NCBI GenBank assembly: GCA_004431415.1
Contig: QPMI01000588.1
Location: forward strand, 208,834-272,833
Origin: Cyanophora paradoxa CCMP329
Taxonomy: Eukaryota; Plantae; Glaucophyta
Direction of reading: 5' to 3'
Length of the DNA stretch: 64,000 nt
The position numbers and the translations under genes were made by a program. Shown in pieces: positions 1 to 12,619 of this stretch (its first letter is position 1; every line of letters begins with the position of its first letter). Below the pieces are notes generated by a model that saw only the letters and a program-made list of their open reading frames with translations, was not told the DNA's origin and did not search any database.

Positions 1-3000
1 TACTTGAAGAATTTCCCATGCCGCAGTGCATAACTTGGCTCGGCCTCCGCCGGATGCATTCCGCAGGAAACAAAGCTCATGATCAGGGAGCCGGGCGCCG
101 GTGTTGCATCAAGAGCTTATAATAACGATTTATCTAACGATCGAGTTCGCAATCGCGACCTGCAGCTGGCCATGGGCCAGCGACGAGCCGTGTTAATGCA
201 ACCATATGCATTGGTCATGATCAGGAGTCGCAGTCCTGCACGACCGGCCTTCGAATTCGGAAATCGGAATTCGAAAGTCGTTATCGATTCTTGAGCTTCA
301 CCCAATCTCATCATGAGCATGAGCTTTTTAACAATGGCCACGTCGCAAAGCTTAAGATTCCGAATCCGAAGTTCATTTCAATGTGCGCGACGTCAACCCC
401 GTACACGCCCCGGCCTTTGTGGGCCCTGCACTGGTACGCACGCGGGCCCCGCTGGCCCCACGCGGGCCCCGCACTGTCCGCTGTGAATATGAGTGGTTCG
501 CATGATTACTTGAAGAATTCCCATGCCGCAGTGCATAACTTGGCTCGGCCTCCGCCGGATGCATTCCGCAGGAAACAAAGCTCATGATCAGGGAGCCGGG
601 CGCCGGTGTTGCATCAAGAGCTTATAATAACGATTTATCTAACGATCGAGTTCGCAATCGCGACCTGCAGCTGGCCATGGGCCAGCGACGAGCCGTGTTA
701 ATGCAACCATATGCATTGGTCATGATCAGGAGTCGCAGTCCTGCACGACCGGCCTTCGAATTCGGAAATCGGAATTCGAAAGTCGTTATCGATTCTTGAG
801 CTTCACCCAATCTCATCATGAGCATGAGCTTTTTAACAATGGCCACGTCGCAAAGCTTAAGATTCCGAATCCGAAGTTCATTTCAATGTGCGCGACGTCA
901 ACCCCGTGCACGCCCCGGCCTTTGTGGGCCCTGCACTGGTACGCACGCGGGCCCCGCTGGCCCCACGCGGGCCCCGCACTGTCCGCTGTGAATATGAGTG
1001 GTTCGCATGATTACTTGAAGATTTTCCCATGCCGCAGTGCATAACTTGGCTCGGCCTCCGCCGGATGCATTCCGCAGGAAACAAAGCTCATGATCAGGGA
1101 GCCGGGCGCCGGTGTTGCATCAAGAGCTTATAATAACGATCTAATCTAACGATCGAGTTCGCAATCGCGACCTGCAGCTGGCCATGGGCCAGCGACGAGC
1201 CGTGTTAATGCAACCATATGCATTGGTCAGGAGTCGCAGTCCTGCACGACCGGCCTTCGAATTCGGAAATCGGAATTCGAAAGTCGTTATCGATTCTTGA
1301 GCTTCACCCAATCTCATCATGAGCATGAGCTTTTTAACAATGGCCACGTCGCAAAGCTTAAGATTCCGAATCCGAAGTTCATTTCAATGTGCGCGACGTC
1401 AACCCCGTGCACGCCACGGCCTTTGTGGGCCCTGCACTGGTACGCACGCGGGCCCCGCTGGCCCCACGCGGGCCCCGCACTGTCCGCTGTGAATATGAGT
1501 GGTTCGCATGATTACTTGAAGAATTTCCCATGCCGCAGTGCATAACTTGGCTCGGCCTCCGCCGGATGCATTCCGCAGGAAACAATGCTCATGATCAGGG
1601 AGCCGGGCGCCGGTGCTGCATCAAGAGCTTATAATAACGATCTAATCTAACGATCGAGTTCGCAATCGCGACCTGCAGCTGGCCATGGGCCAGCGACGAG
1701 CCGTGTTAATGCAACCATATGCATTGGTCAGGAGTCGCAGTCCTGCACGACCGGCCTTCGAATTCGGAAATCGGAATTCGAAAGTCGTTATTGATTCTTG
1801 AGCTTCACCCAATCTCATCATGAGCATGAGCTTTTTAACAATGGCCACGTCGCAAAGCTTAAGATTCCGAATCCGAAGTTCATTTCAATGTGCGCGACGT
1901 CAACGTTTTTAACCCCGTGCACGCCCCGGCCTTTGTGGGCCCTGCACTGGTACGCACGCGGGCCCCGCTGGCCCCACGCGGGCCCCGCACTGTCCGCTGT
2001 GAATATGAGTGGTTCGCATGATTACTTGAAGATTTTCCCATGCCGCAGTGCATAACTTGGCTCGGCCTCCGCCGGATGCATTCCGCAGGAAACAAAGCTC
2101 ATGATCAGGGAGCCGGGCGCCGGTGTTGCATCAAGAGCTTATAATAACGATCTAATCTAACGATCGAGTTCGCAATCGCGACCTGCAGCTGGCCATGGGC
2201 CAGCGACGAGCCGTGTTAATGCAACCATATGCATTGGTCAGGAGTCGCAGTCCTGCACGACCGGCCTTCGAATTCGGAAATCGGAATTCGAAAGTCGTTA
2301 TCGATTCTTGAGCTTCACCCAATCTCATCATGAGCATGAGCTTTTTAACAATGGCCACGTCGCAAAGCTTAAGATTCCGAATCCGAAGTTCATTTCAATG
2401 TGCGCGACGTCAACCCCGTGCACGCCCCGGCCTTTGTGGGCCCTGCACTGGTACGCACGCGGGCCCCGCTGGCCCACGCGGGCCCCGCACTGTCCGCTGT
2501 GAATATGAGTGGTTCGCATGATTACTTGAAGATTTTCCCATGCCGCAGTGCATAACTTGGCTCGGCCTCCGCCGGATGCATTCCGCAGGAAACAAAGCTC
2601 ATGATCAGGGAGCCGGGCGCCGGTGTTGCATCAAGAGCTTATATTATATATTATATAATAACGATCTAATCTAACGATCGAGTTCGCAATCGCGACCTGC
2701 AGCTGGCCATGGGCCAGCGACGAGCCGTGTTAATGCAACCATATGCATTGGTCAGGAGTCGCAGTCCTGCACGACCGGCCTTCGAATTCGGAAATCGGAA
2801 TTCGAAAGTCGTTATCGATTCTTGAGCTTCACCCAATCTCATCATGAGCATGAGCTTTTTAACAATGGCCACGTCGCAAAGCTTAAGATTCCGAATCCGA
2901 AGTTCATTTCAATGTGCGCGACGTCAACCCCGTGCACGCCACGGCCTTTGTGGGCCCTGCACTGGTACGCACGCGGGCCCCGCTGGCCCCACGCGGGCCC

Positions 3001-6000
3001 CGCACTGTCCGCTGTGAATATGAGTGGTTCGCATGATTACTTGAAGAATTTCCCATGCCGCAGTGCATAACTTGGCTCGGCCTCCGCCGGATGCATTCCG
3101 CAGGAAACAAAGCTCATGATCAGGGAGCCGGGCGCCGGTGTTGCATCAAGAGCTTATAATAACGATCTAATCTAACGATCGAGTTCGCAATCGCGACCTG
3201 CAGCTGGCCATGGGCCAGCGACGAGCCGTGTTAATGCAACCATATGCATTGGTCAGGAGTCGCAGTCCTGCACGACCGGCCTTCGAATTCGGAAATCGGA
3301 ATTCGAAAGTCGTTATCGATTCTTGAGCTTCACCCAATCTCATCATGAGCATGAGCTTTTTAACAATGGCCACGTCGCAAAGCTTAAGATTCCGAATCCG
3401 AAGTTCATTTCAATGTGCGCGACGTCAACCCCGTGCACGCCACGGCCTTTGTGGGCCCTGCACTGGTACGCACGCGGGCCCCGCTGGCCCCACGCGGGCC
3501 CCGCACTGTCCGCTGTGAATATGAGTGGTTCGCATGATTACTTGAAGAATTTCCCATGCCGCAGTGCATAACTTGGCTCGGCCTCCGCCGGATGCATTCC
3601 GCAGGAAACAATGCTCATGATCAGGGAGCCGGGCGCCGGTGCTGCATCAAGAGCTTATAATAACGATCTAATCTAACGATCGAGTTCGCAATCGCGACCT
3701 GCAGCTGGCCATGGGCCAGCGACGAGCCGTGTTAATGCAACCATATGCATTGGTCAGGAGTCGCAGTCCTGCACGACCGGCCTTCGAATTCGGAAATCGG
3801 AATTCGAAAGTCGTTATTGATTCTTGAGCTTCACCCAATCTCATCATGAGCATGAGCTTTTTAACAATGGCCACGTCGCAAAGCTTAAGATTCCGAATCC
3901 GAAGTTCATTTCAATGTGCGCGACGTCAACCCCGTGCACGCCCCGGCCTTTGTGGGCCCTGCACTGGTACGCACGCGGGCCCCGCTGGCCCCACGCGGGC
4001 CCCGCACTGTCCGCTGTGAATATGAGTGGTTCGCATGATTACTTGAAGATTTTCCCATGCCGCAGTGCATAACTTGGCTCGGCCTCCGCCGGATGCATTC
4101 CGCAGGAAACAAAGCTCATGATCAGGGAGCCGGGCGCCGGTGTTGCATCAAGAGCTTATAATAACGATCTAATCTAACGATCGAGTTCGCAATCGCGACC
4201 TGCAGCTGGCCATGGGCCAGCGACGAGCCGTGTTAATGCAACCATATGCATTGGTCAGGAGTCGCAGTCCTGCACGACCGGCCTTCGAATTCGGAAATCG
4301 GAATTCGAAAGTCGTTATCGATTCTTGAGCTTCACCCAATCTCATCATGAGCATGAGCTTTTTAACAATGGCCACGTCGCAAAGCTTAAGATTCCGAATC
4401 TGAAGTTCATTTCAATGTGCGCGACGTCAACCCCGTGCACGCCCCGGCCTTTGTGGGCCCTGCACTGGTACGCACGCGGGCCCCGCTGGCCCCACGCGGG
4501 CCCCGCACTGTCCGCTGTGAATATGAGTGGTTCGCATGATTACTTGAAGATTTTCCCATGCCGCAGTGCATAACTTGGCTCGGCCTCCGCCGGATGCATT
4601 CCGCAGGAAACAAAGCTCATGATCAGGGAGCCGGGCGCCGGTGTTGCATCAAGAGCTTATATTATATATTATATAATAACGATCTAATCTAACGATCGAG
4701 TTCGCAATCGCGACCTGCAGCTGGCCATGGGCCAGCGACGAGCCGTGTTAATGCAACCATATGCATTGGTCAGGAGTCGCAGTCCTGCACGACCGGCCTT
4801 CGAATTCGGAAATCGGAATTCGAAAGTCGTTATCGATTCTTGAGCTTCACCCAATCTCATCATGAGCATGAGCTTTTTAACAATGGCCACGTCGCAAAGC
4901 TTAAGATTCCGAATCCGAAGTTCATTTCAATGTGCGCGACGTCAACCCCGTGCACGCCCCGGCCTTTGTGGGCCCTGCACTGGTACGCACGCGGGCCCGC
5001 TGGCCCCACGCGGGCCCCGCACTGTCCGCTGTGAATATGAGTGGTTCGCATGATTACTTGAAGAATTTCCCATGCCGCAGTGCATAACTTGGCTCGGCCT
5101 CCGCCGGATGCATTCCGCAGGAAACAATGCTCATGATCAGGGAGCCGGGCGCCGGTGCTGCATCAAGAGCTTATAATAACGATCTAATCTAACGATCGAG
5201 TTCGCAATCGCGACCTGCAGCTGGCCATGGGCCAGCGACGAGCCGTGTTAATGCAACCATATGCATTGGTCAGGAGTCGCAGTCCTGCACGACCGGCCTT
5301 CGAATTCGGAAATCGGAATTCGAAAGTCGTTATTGATTCTTGAGCTTCACCCAATCTCATCATGAGCATGAGCTTTTTAACAATGGCCACGTCGCAAAGC
5401 TTAAGATTCCGAATCCGAAGTTCATTTCAATGTGCGCGACGTCAACCCCGTGCACGTGCACGCCCCGGCCTTTGTGGGCCCTGCACTGGTACGCACGCGG
5501 GCCCCGCTGGCCCCACGCGGGCCCCGCACTGTCCGCTGTGAATATGAGTGGTTCGCATGATTACTTGAAGATTTTCCCATGCCGCAGTGCATAACTTGGC
5601 TCGGCCTCCGCCGGATGCATTCCGCAGGAAACAATGCTCATGATCAGGGAGCCGGGCGCCGGTGTTGCATCAAGAGCTTATAATAACGATCTAATCTAAC
5701 GTTCGATTTGCAATCGCGACCTGCAGCTGGCCATGGGCCAGCGACGAGCCGTGTTAATGCAACCATATGCATTGGTCAGGAGTCGCAGTCCTGCACGACC
5801 GGCCTTCGAATTCGGAAATCGGAATTCGAAAGTCGTTATCGATTCTTGAGCTTCACCCAATCTCATCATGAGCATGAGCTTTTTAACAATGGCCACGTCG
5901 CAAAGCTTAAGATTCCGAATCCGAAGTTCATTTCAATGTGTGCGTCGTCAACCCCGTGCACGCCCCGGCCTTTGTGGGCCCTGCACTGGTACGCACGCGG

Positions 6001-9000
6001 GCCCCGCTGGCCCCACGCGGGCCCCGCACTGTCCGCTGTAAATATGAGTGGTTCGCATGATTACTTGAAGAATTTCCCATGCCGCAGTGCATAACTTGGC
6101 TCGGCCTCCGCCGGATGCATTCCGCAGGAAACAAAGCTCATGATCAGGGAGCCGGCCGCGGGCGCCGGTGTTGCATGAAGAGCTTATATTATATATTATA
6201 TAATAACGATCTAATCTAACGATCGAGTTCGCAATCGCGACCTGCAGCTGGCCATGGGCCAGCGACGAGCCGTGTTAATGCAACCATATGCATTGGTCAG
6301 GAGTCGCAGTCCTGCACGACCGGCCTTCGAATTCGGAAATCGGAATTCGAAAGTCGTTATCGATTCTTGAGCTTCACCCAATCTCATCATGAGCATGAGC
6401 TTTTTAACAATGGCCACGTCGCAAAGCTTAAGATTCCGAATCCGAAGTTCATTTCAATGTGCGCGACGTCAACCCCGTGCACGCCCCGGCCTTTGTGGGC
6501 CCTGCACTGGTACGCACGCGGGCCCCGCTGGCCCCACGCGGGCCCCGCACTGTCCGCTGTGAATATGAGTGGTTCGCATGATTACTTGAAGAATTTCCCA
6601 TGCCGCAGTGCATAACTTGGCTCGGCCTCCGCCGGATGCATTCCGCAGGAAACAATGCTCATGATCAGGGAGCCGGGCGCCGGTGCTGCATCAAGAGCTT
6701 ATAATAACGATCTAATCTAACGATCGAGTTCGCAATCGCGACCTGCAGCTGGCCATGGGCCAGCGACGAGCCGTGTTAATGCAACCATATGCATTGGTCA
6801 GGAGTCGCAGTCCTGCACGACCGGCCTTCGAATTCGGAAATCGGAATTCGAAAGTCGTTATTGATTCTTGAGCTTCACCCAATCTCATCATGAGCATGAG
6901 CTTTTTAACAATGGCCACGTCGCAAAGCTTAAGATTCCGAATCCGAAGTTCATTTCAATGTGCGCGACGTCAACCCCGTGCACGTGCACGCCCCGGCCTT
7001 TGTGGGCCCTGCACTGGTACGCACGCGGGCCCCGCTGGCCCCACGCGGGCCCCGCACTGTCCGCTGTGAATATGAGTGGTTCGCATGATTACTTGAAGAT
7101 TTTCCCATGCCGCAGTGCATAACTTGGCTCGGCCTCCGCCGGATGCATTCCGCAGGAAACAAAGCTCATGATCAGGGAGCCGGGCGCCGGTGTTGCATCA
7201 AGAGCTTATAATAACGATCTAATCTAACGTTCGATTTGCAATCGCGACCTGCAGCTGGCCATGGGCCAGCGACGAGCCGTGTTAATGCAACCATATGCAT
7301 TGGTCAGGAGTCGCAGTCCTGCACGACCGGCCTTCGAATTCGGAAATCGGAATTCGAAAGTCGTTATCGATTCTTGAGCTTCACCCAATCTCATCATGAG
7401 CATGAGCTTTTTAACAATGGCCACGTCGCAAAGCTTAAGATTCCGAATCCGAAGTTCATTTCAATGTGTGCGTCGTCAACCCCGTGCACGCCCCGGCCTT
7501 TGTGGGCCCTGCACTGGTACGCACGCGGGCCCCGCTGGCCCCACGCGGGCCCCGCACTGTCCGCTGTAAATATGAGTGGTTCGCATGATTACTTGAAGAA
7601 TTTCCCATGCCGCAGTGCATAACTTGGCTCGGCCTCCGCCGGATGCATTCCGCAGGAAACAAAGCTCATGATCAGGGAGCCGGCCGCGGGCGCCGGTGTT
7701 GCATCAAGAGCTTATATTATAATAACGATCTAATATAACGATCGAGTTCGCAATCGCGACCTGCAGCTGGCCATGGGCCAGCGACGAGCCGTGTTAATGC
7801 AACCATATGCATTGGTCAGGAGTCGCAGTCCTGCACGACCGGCCTTCGAATTCGGAAATCGGAATTCGAAAGTCGTTATCGATTCTTGAGCTTCACCCAA
7901 TCTCATCATGAGCATGAGCCTTTTAACAATGGCCACGTCGCAAAGCTTAAGATTCCGAATCCGAAGTTCATTTCAATGTGCGCGACGTCAACCCCGTGCA
8001 CGCCACGGCCTTTGTGGGCCCTGCACTGGTACGCACGCGGGCCCCGCTGGCCCCACGCGGGCCCCGCACTGTCCGCTGTGAATATGAGTGGTTCGCATGA
8101 TTACTTGAAGATTTTCCCATGCCGCAGTGCATAACTTGGCTCGGCCTCCGCCGGATGCATTCCGCAGGAAACAATGCTCATGATCAGGGAGCCGGGCGCC
8201 GGTGCTGCATCAAGAGCTTATAATAACGATTTATCTAACGATCGAGTTCGCAATCGCGACCTGCAGCTGGCCATGGGCCAGCGACGAGCCGTGTTAATGC
8301 AACCATATGCATTGGTCAGGAGTCGCAGTCCTGCACGACCGGCCTTCGAATTCGGAAATCGGAATTCGAAAGTCGTTATCGATTCTTGAGCTTCACCCAA
8401 TCTCATCATGAGCATGAGCTTTTTAACAATGGCCACGTCGCAAAGCTTAAGATTCCGAATCCGAAGTTCATTTCAATGTGTGCGTCGTCAACCCCGTGCA
8501 CGCCCCGGCCTTTGTGGGCCCTGCACTGGTACGCACGCGGGCCCTGCTGGCCCCACGCGGGCCCCGCACTGTCCGCTGTGAATATGAGTGGTTCGCATGA
8601 TTACTTGAAGAATTTCCCATGCCGCAGTGCATAACTTGGCTCGGCCTCCGCCGGATGCATTCCGCAGGAAACAAAGCTCATGATCAGGGAGCCGGCCGCG
8701 GGCGCCGGTGTTGCATCAAGAGCTTATAATAACGATCTAATCTAACGATCGAGTTCGCAATCGCGACCTGCAGCTGGCCATGGGCCAGCGACGAGCCGTG
8801 TTAATGCAACCATATGCATTGGTCAGGAGTCGCAGTCCTGCACGACCGGCCTTCGAATTCGGAAATCGGAATTCGAAAGTCGTTATCGATTCTTGAGCTT
8901 CACCCAATCTCATCATGAGCATGAGCTTTTTAACAATGGCCACGTCGCAAAGCTTAAGATTCCGAATCCGAAGTTCATTTCAATGTGCGCGACGTCAACC

Positions 9001-9733
9001 CCGTGCACGCCCCGGCCTTTGTGGGCCCTGCACTGGTACGCACGCGGGCCCCACTTGCCCCACGCGGGCCCTGCACTGTCCGCTGTAAATATGAGTGGTT
9101 CGCATGATTACTCGAAGATTCTTTCATGCCGCAGTGCAGAACTTGGCTCGGCCTCCGCCGGATGCATTCCGCAGGAAACAAAGCTCATGATCAGGGAGCC
9201 GGGCGCCGGTGTTGCATCAAGAGCTTATAATAACGATCTAATCTAACGTTCGAGTTCGCAATCGCGACCTGCAGCTGGCCATGGGCCAGCGACGAGCCGT
9301 GTTAATGCAACCATATGCATTGGTCAGGAGTCGCAGTCCTGCACGACCGGCCTTCGAATTCGGAAATCGGAATTCGAAAGTCGTTATCGATTCTTGAGCT
9401 TCACCCAATCTCATCATGAGCATGAGCTTTTTAACAATGGCCACGTCGCAAAGCTTAAGATTCCGAATCCGAAGTTCATTTCAATGTGCGCGACGTCAAC
9501 CCCGTGCACGCCCCGGCCTTTGTGGGCCCTGCACTGGTACGCACGCGGGCCCCGCTGGCCCCACGCGGGCCCCGCACTGTCCGCTGTAAATATGAGTGGT
9601 TCGCATGATTACTCGAAGATTCTTTCATGCCGCAGTGCATAACTTGGCTCGGCCTCCGCCGGATGCATTCCGCAGGAAACAAAGCTCACGATCAGGGAGC
9701 CGGCCGCGGGCGCCGGTGTTGCATCAAGAGCTC
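1..9733. repeat. Tandem satellite array, ~501-bp monomer, ~19.3 copies, truncated by the window start
   Basis: The marker GATCAGGGAGCCGG recurs 20 times at ~500-520 bp spacing. Copies are near-identical, and the same spurious ORFs recur with that period in the ORF track. Confidence 0.98.
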
Positions 9734-9957
9734 ATGATCCTCGAGGCTACGTGCAAGGTCGTTTCGAATTCCAGCGCTGGCGACGTCCGGATCCGAAATT
9801 AAAGCTATGTATAAGTACAAGTAGTCAGAGGGGCCGGGGATCCGGAGCCTTGGAGAAAGAAGAGGGGAGAAAGGAGAGGTATTCGGCTCAGCGAACTCGA
9901 ATTCATGGCCCGATACTATGATGTATCGATGACATGATGGATTTGCATGGGCAGCGC

Positions 9958-10257
9958 TGTCGCATGCATGATTATCGTGCATGCGGAGCTAGATAGTGCA
10001 GCCTTCGTGCTGCTAGTGGCTAGTGCAGCCTACGTGCTGCTAGGGCCGACGTCGGCGTCAGTACGCCTCGGCCACCTCTTATTATAGCTAATACGGGTAC
10101 GCCGGGCCTGTCCGGGTACGCATCATTCATTAGGGATACAGTGTTACTTGCAATACTACCGGAGCGACAGCGATCCCTCGTGATCCACTGAGCCCCGTCG
10201 AGCCACGCTCGACCGGGAGCCTCCCCGCGTGCTTCCCCACTAATCCCGCACGCGACA
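9958..10257 (+). repeat. 5' LTR of element 1 (300 bp)
   Basis: Direct repeat of 15437-15736, identical by eye; TG...CA ends with 6-bp terminal inverted repeats. Confidence 0.96.
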
Positions 10258-10316
10258 GGCGCCACTGCCGGGAATCGCAACCATTTTGTTGCCCCCCACC
10301 TCGCCCCGTCTCGAAA

Positions 10317-10387
10317 TCCCGTCCTCGGGATTCGAACCCGGGTTCCTGGCTCGTAGAGCAGACGCTCTACCACCTGAGCCAAGAGGG
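10317..10387 (-). pseudogene. Degenerate tRNA-like sequence (Arg-ACG-like or SINE head) inside the PBS-region insert; partial second copy at ~10486-10517
   Basis: Minus strand reads CCCTCTTGGCTCAGGTGGTAGAGC...CTACGAG...CCGGGTTCGAATCCCGAGGACGGGA. A-box/D-arm and B-box/T-arm are good; acceptor and anticodon stems are imperfect. Confidence 0.7.
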
Positions 10388-10584
10388 TGGTTCGATATGA
10401 GACTTGGTCGTCTCTGGGCGTCTTTGTGCGCCACTGCCGGGAATCGCAACCATTTTGTTGCCCCCCACCTCTCCCCGTCTCGAAATCCCGTCCTCGGGAT
10501 TCGAACCCGGGTTCCTGAGCCCCGTCGAGCCACGCTCGACCGGGAGCCTCCCCGCGTGCTTCCCCACTAATCCCGCACGCGACA

Positions 10585-10595
10585 GGCGCCACTGC
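10585..10595 (+). other. Primer-binding site GGCGCCACTGC, complementary to a tRNA 3' end ...GCAGTGGCGCC(A) (Asp-like, G discriminator); extended copy at 10258-10282
   Basis: Immediately follows the LTR end GCGACA. The extended copy reverse-complements to GGTTGCGATTCCCGGCAGTGGCGCC, i.e. T-loop, T-stem and acceptor strand of a tRNA. Confidence 0.75.
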
Positions 10596-11064
10596 TCGGA
10601 GCTGAATCTTTAAGGGTCAGGTCGGGTCGCTCGCGATCCCGCCTTCGCGCGCGCCGCGCACGCGCACCGTAGCATCGTAGTGACATTCCCAGCCGTCTGC
10701 TCACAGTACGCAACCGGTTACCCCGGGTGCCGAAAAGTGAGAGCCTGCGCTCCGGTGACCCCGGAGACTGGCTGGCTTGAGTTCTTTACCGGAACTCTTG
10801 CCCTGCGTGCTGAAGAGCCGGCCGCGCGCCGCGCTAGAGCCGACCGCCCTCGTGCGCGTCGAGCCGCCGAAGTTCCCCTCGAGGGCAACTTTGTGCCATC
10901 GCCGATCCCTGGCCTGCGAGCCTGGATTGTGCTCCGGTGTGTTGCGCTAGCAACATATCGTCGTCTGTGCCGTCGAAATCCCGCGTTTTACGCGGCGACT
11001 CGGCCTCAAAGAGCTTCGAGCTCAAATTTGATCTGCCTTGTACTTGCCACTGTGAGAGCCTGCC

Positions 11065-12619
11065 ATGTCGCGGCTTCCAGTTGAGCTGCCGGCGAGTGAG
11101 CGTGATCGCATGATCGCACTCAACTCGACCGTGCCTGTGAGTGGCGTGTCCGTTCAGCAGATGACTGCTGCGGCGCCCGCAGTTGATGCGAAGGGCTTGC
11201 CCTCCATCACTCCGCTGTCTGCGAACCCTACCATCGAAGAAGTCGATGAGTGGCGCCAGCAGATTAGCACTTTCGTCTCCACTCAGGCGCATAAGTATGC
11301 GTATGAGCCCGAGGGAGACAACTGGACCAAGGTTGAAGCTCTTGGCGGCTTCATGGTCTCGCAGCTCTGCAAGGGCTCGCTGCGCTCCCAGATGCAGCGC
11401 ATGCGTGACCAGCTGGAAGAGACCGTCGGACTAAAGAATACCTTGCCAGCAAGCGCGCGCGGCTGGCCGTGCTGACTGCCTTGCCTATCGAGGCCCGGCT
11501 CCCTGAGACCGAGGCCGAGATCCTGCAGCTCGAGAATGCAATCACGCGTCTCGAGGCTGAGATCGCTGAGGGCCGCAATAACTTCCAGCGCGCTCCGGGC
11601 GTTGCGAAGTACATCATTGCGCGCGTGACGAAGGGCCTGCCCCACGTCGCTGAAGCCGCGATCAACGCTGCGTACACGGGCGAAGACCCGCTGACGTGGG
11701 TGAACTGGATCGCCCCGCACGTGCGCCACACGCGCCCCGCGGGCAAATCATACGCTGAGCACTTGATCACCGTGATATTGGGAACGCTCTCTCGCGCCGT
11801 CAGACCGGGCTCGACCCGCAGTATGACAACTACGAAGTTCGCGCTGCGATCGGCGCGCGCCAGAATGAGAATACGATGACGTACATTCTGCAGGAGCTCC
11901 GCGGCGAGTTCGCGCGCTTCGGGGCCGATCTCACGCCCCTGCGCGCCGAAAGGATTTTCGAGGAGCAGTGCGACCGCCACGGTCGCCGGACCGTGCGCCT
12001 GCTGCAGGAGCCGTCCCAGGAGACTGAGCCCTCGGCAAAGCGCTCCAAGGGGCCGGCCGGCTTCAAGGCTCCGCCGTATGCCGGCGACGTAGATGCCACG
12101 CCAATTAAGGCTGTGAAGCCTGCAGCTGCAGCAGCGGCTCCTGCTGAGGCTGGGCGTGACCCCCCTCCTGCAGCTGATCGCGAGGCCCGGTCCCTCGTTT
12201 CTGCACATGGGTCCTCTTGGGCCGTGCAGTCTAGCTCGCCAGGCGCCCTTGCCGCTGTGATGCAGCGCATGGCTGAGCTTGGGTACCCTCAGTACCCTCC
12301 GGCTGAGTGCTGGAACTGTGCTGGCGACCCCAGTGTCCCAGCCTCCGAGCGCCTTCACTGGGCTTTCCTTTGCCCGAAGCGCCCCCCGCACGCCCCCCGC
12401 CACCGCTGGGTGCGGCAGGATACGTACACGTATGATGACTCCTACGAAGACTCATACGAGGATGAGTACGATGAGGCAGCTGCAGCTGCAGCTGCGGCCG
12501 TGGATGAGGTCTGCGGTCGCTGCGGCGAGACTGGGCACCACCACAGTGCCTGCTCCGACCCGCCGACTCGTGCTAAAGGCAAGGCCCCTCTGGCCCTGCC
12601 TGCCCCCGAGGCCGAGTAA
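11065..12619 (+). CDS. gag: Gag-like polyprotein of element 1, split across three frames (11065-11475, 11469-11879, 11876-12619)
   Basis: Canonical CX2CX4HX4C knuckle CGRCGETGHHHSAC (12512-12553), preceded by an expanded CX2CX12HX4C; located just downstream of the PBS. Confidence 0.8.

Noticed and set aside
1-9733. CRISPR-like array
   Set aside because: There are no unique spacers; entire units are repeated. The same applies to the 336-bp and 140-bp arrays, and the DNA is eukaryotic.
79-9802. Recurring 60-130 aa ORFs in the satellite
   Set aside because: They are products of the repeat period; indels between copies ignore frame and no protein motifs are present.
10317-10387. Functional tRNA gene (including a CTA amber-suppressor reading)
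   Set aside because: Acceptor and anticodon stems are disrupted, there is no oligo-T terminator, and it lies inside a rearranged insert.
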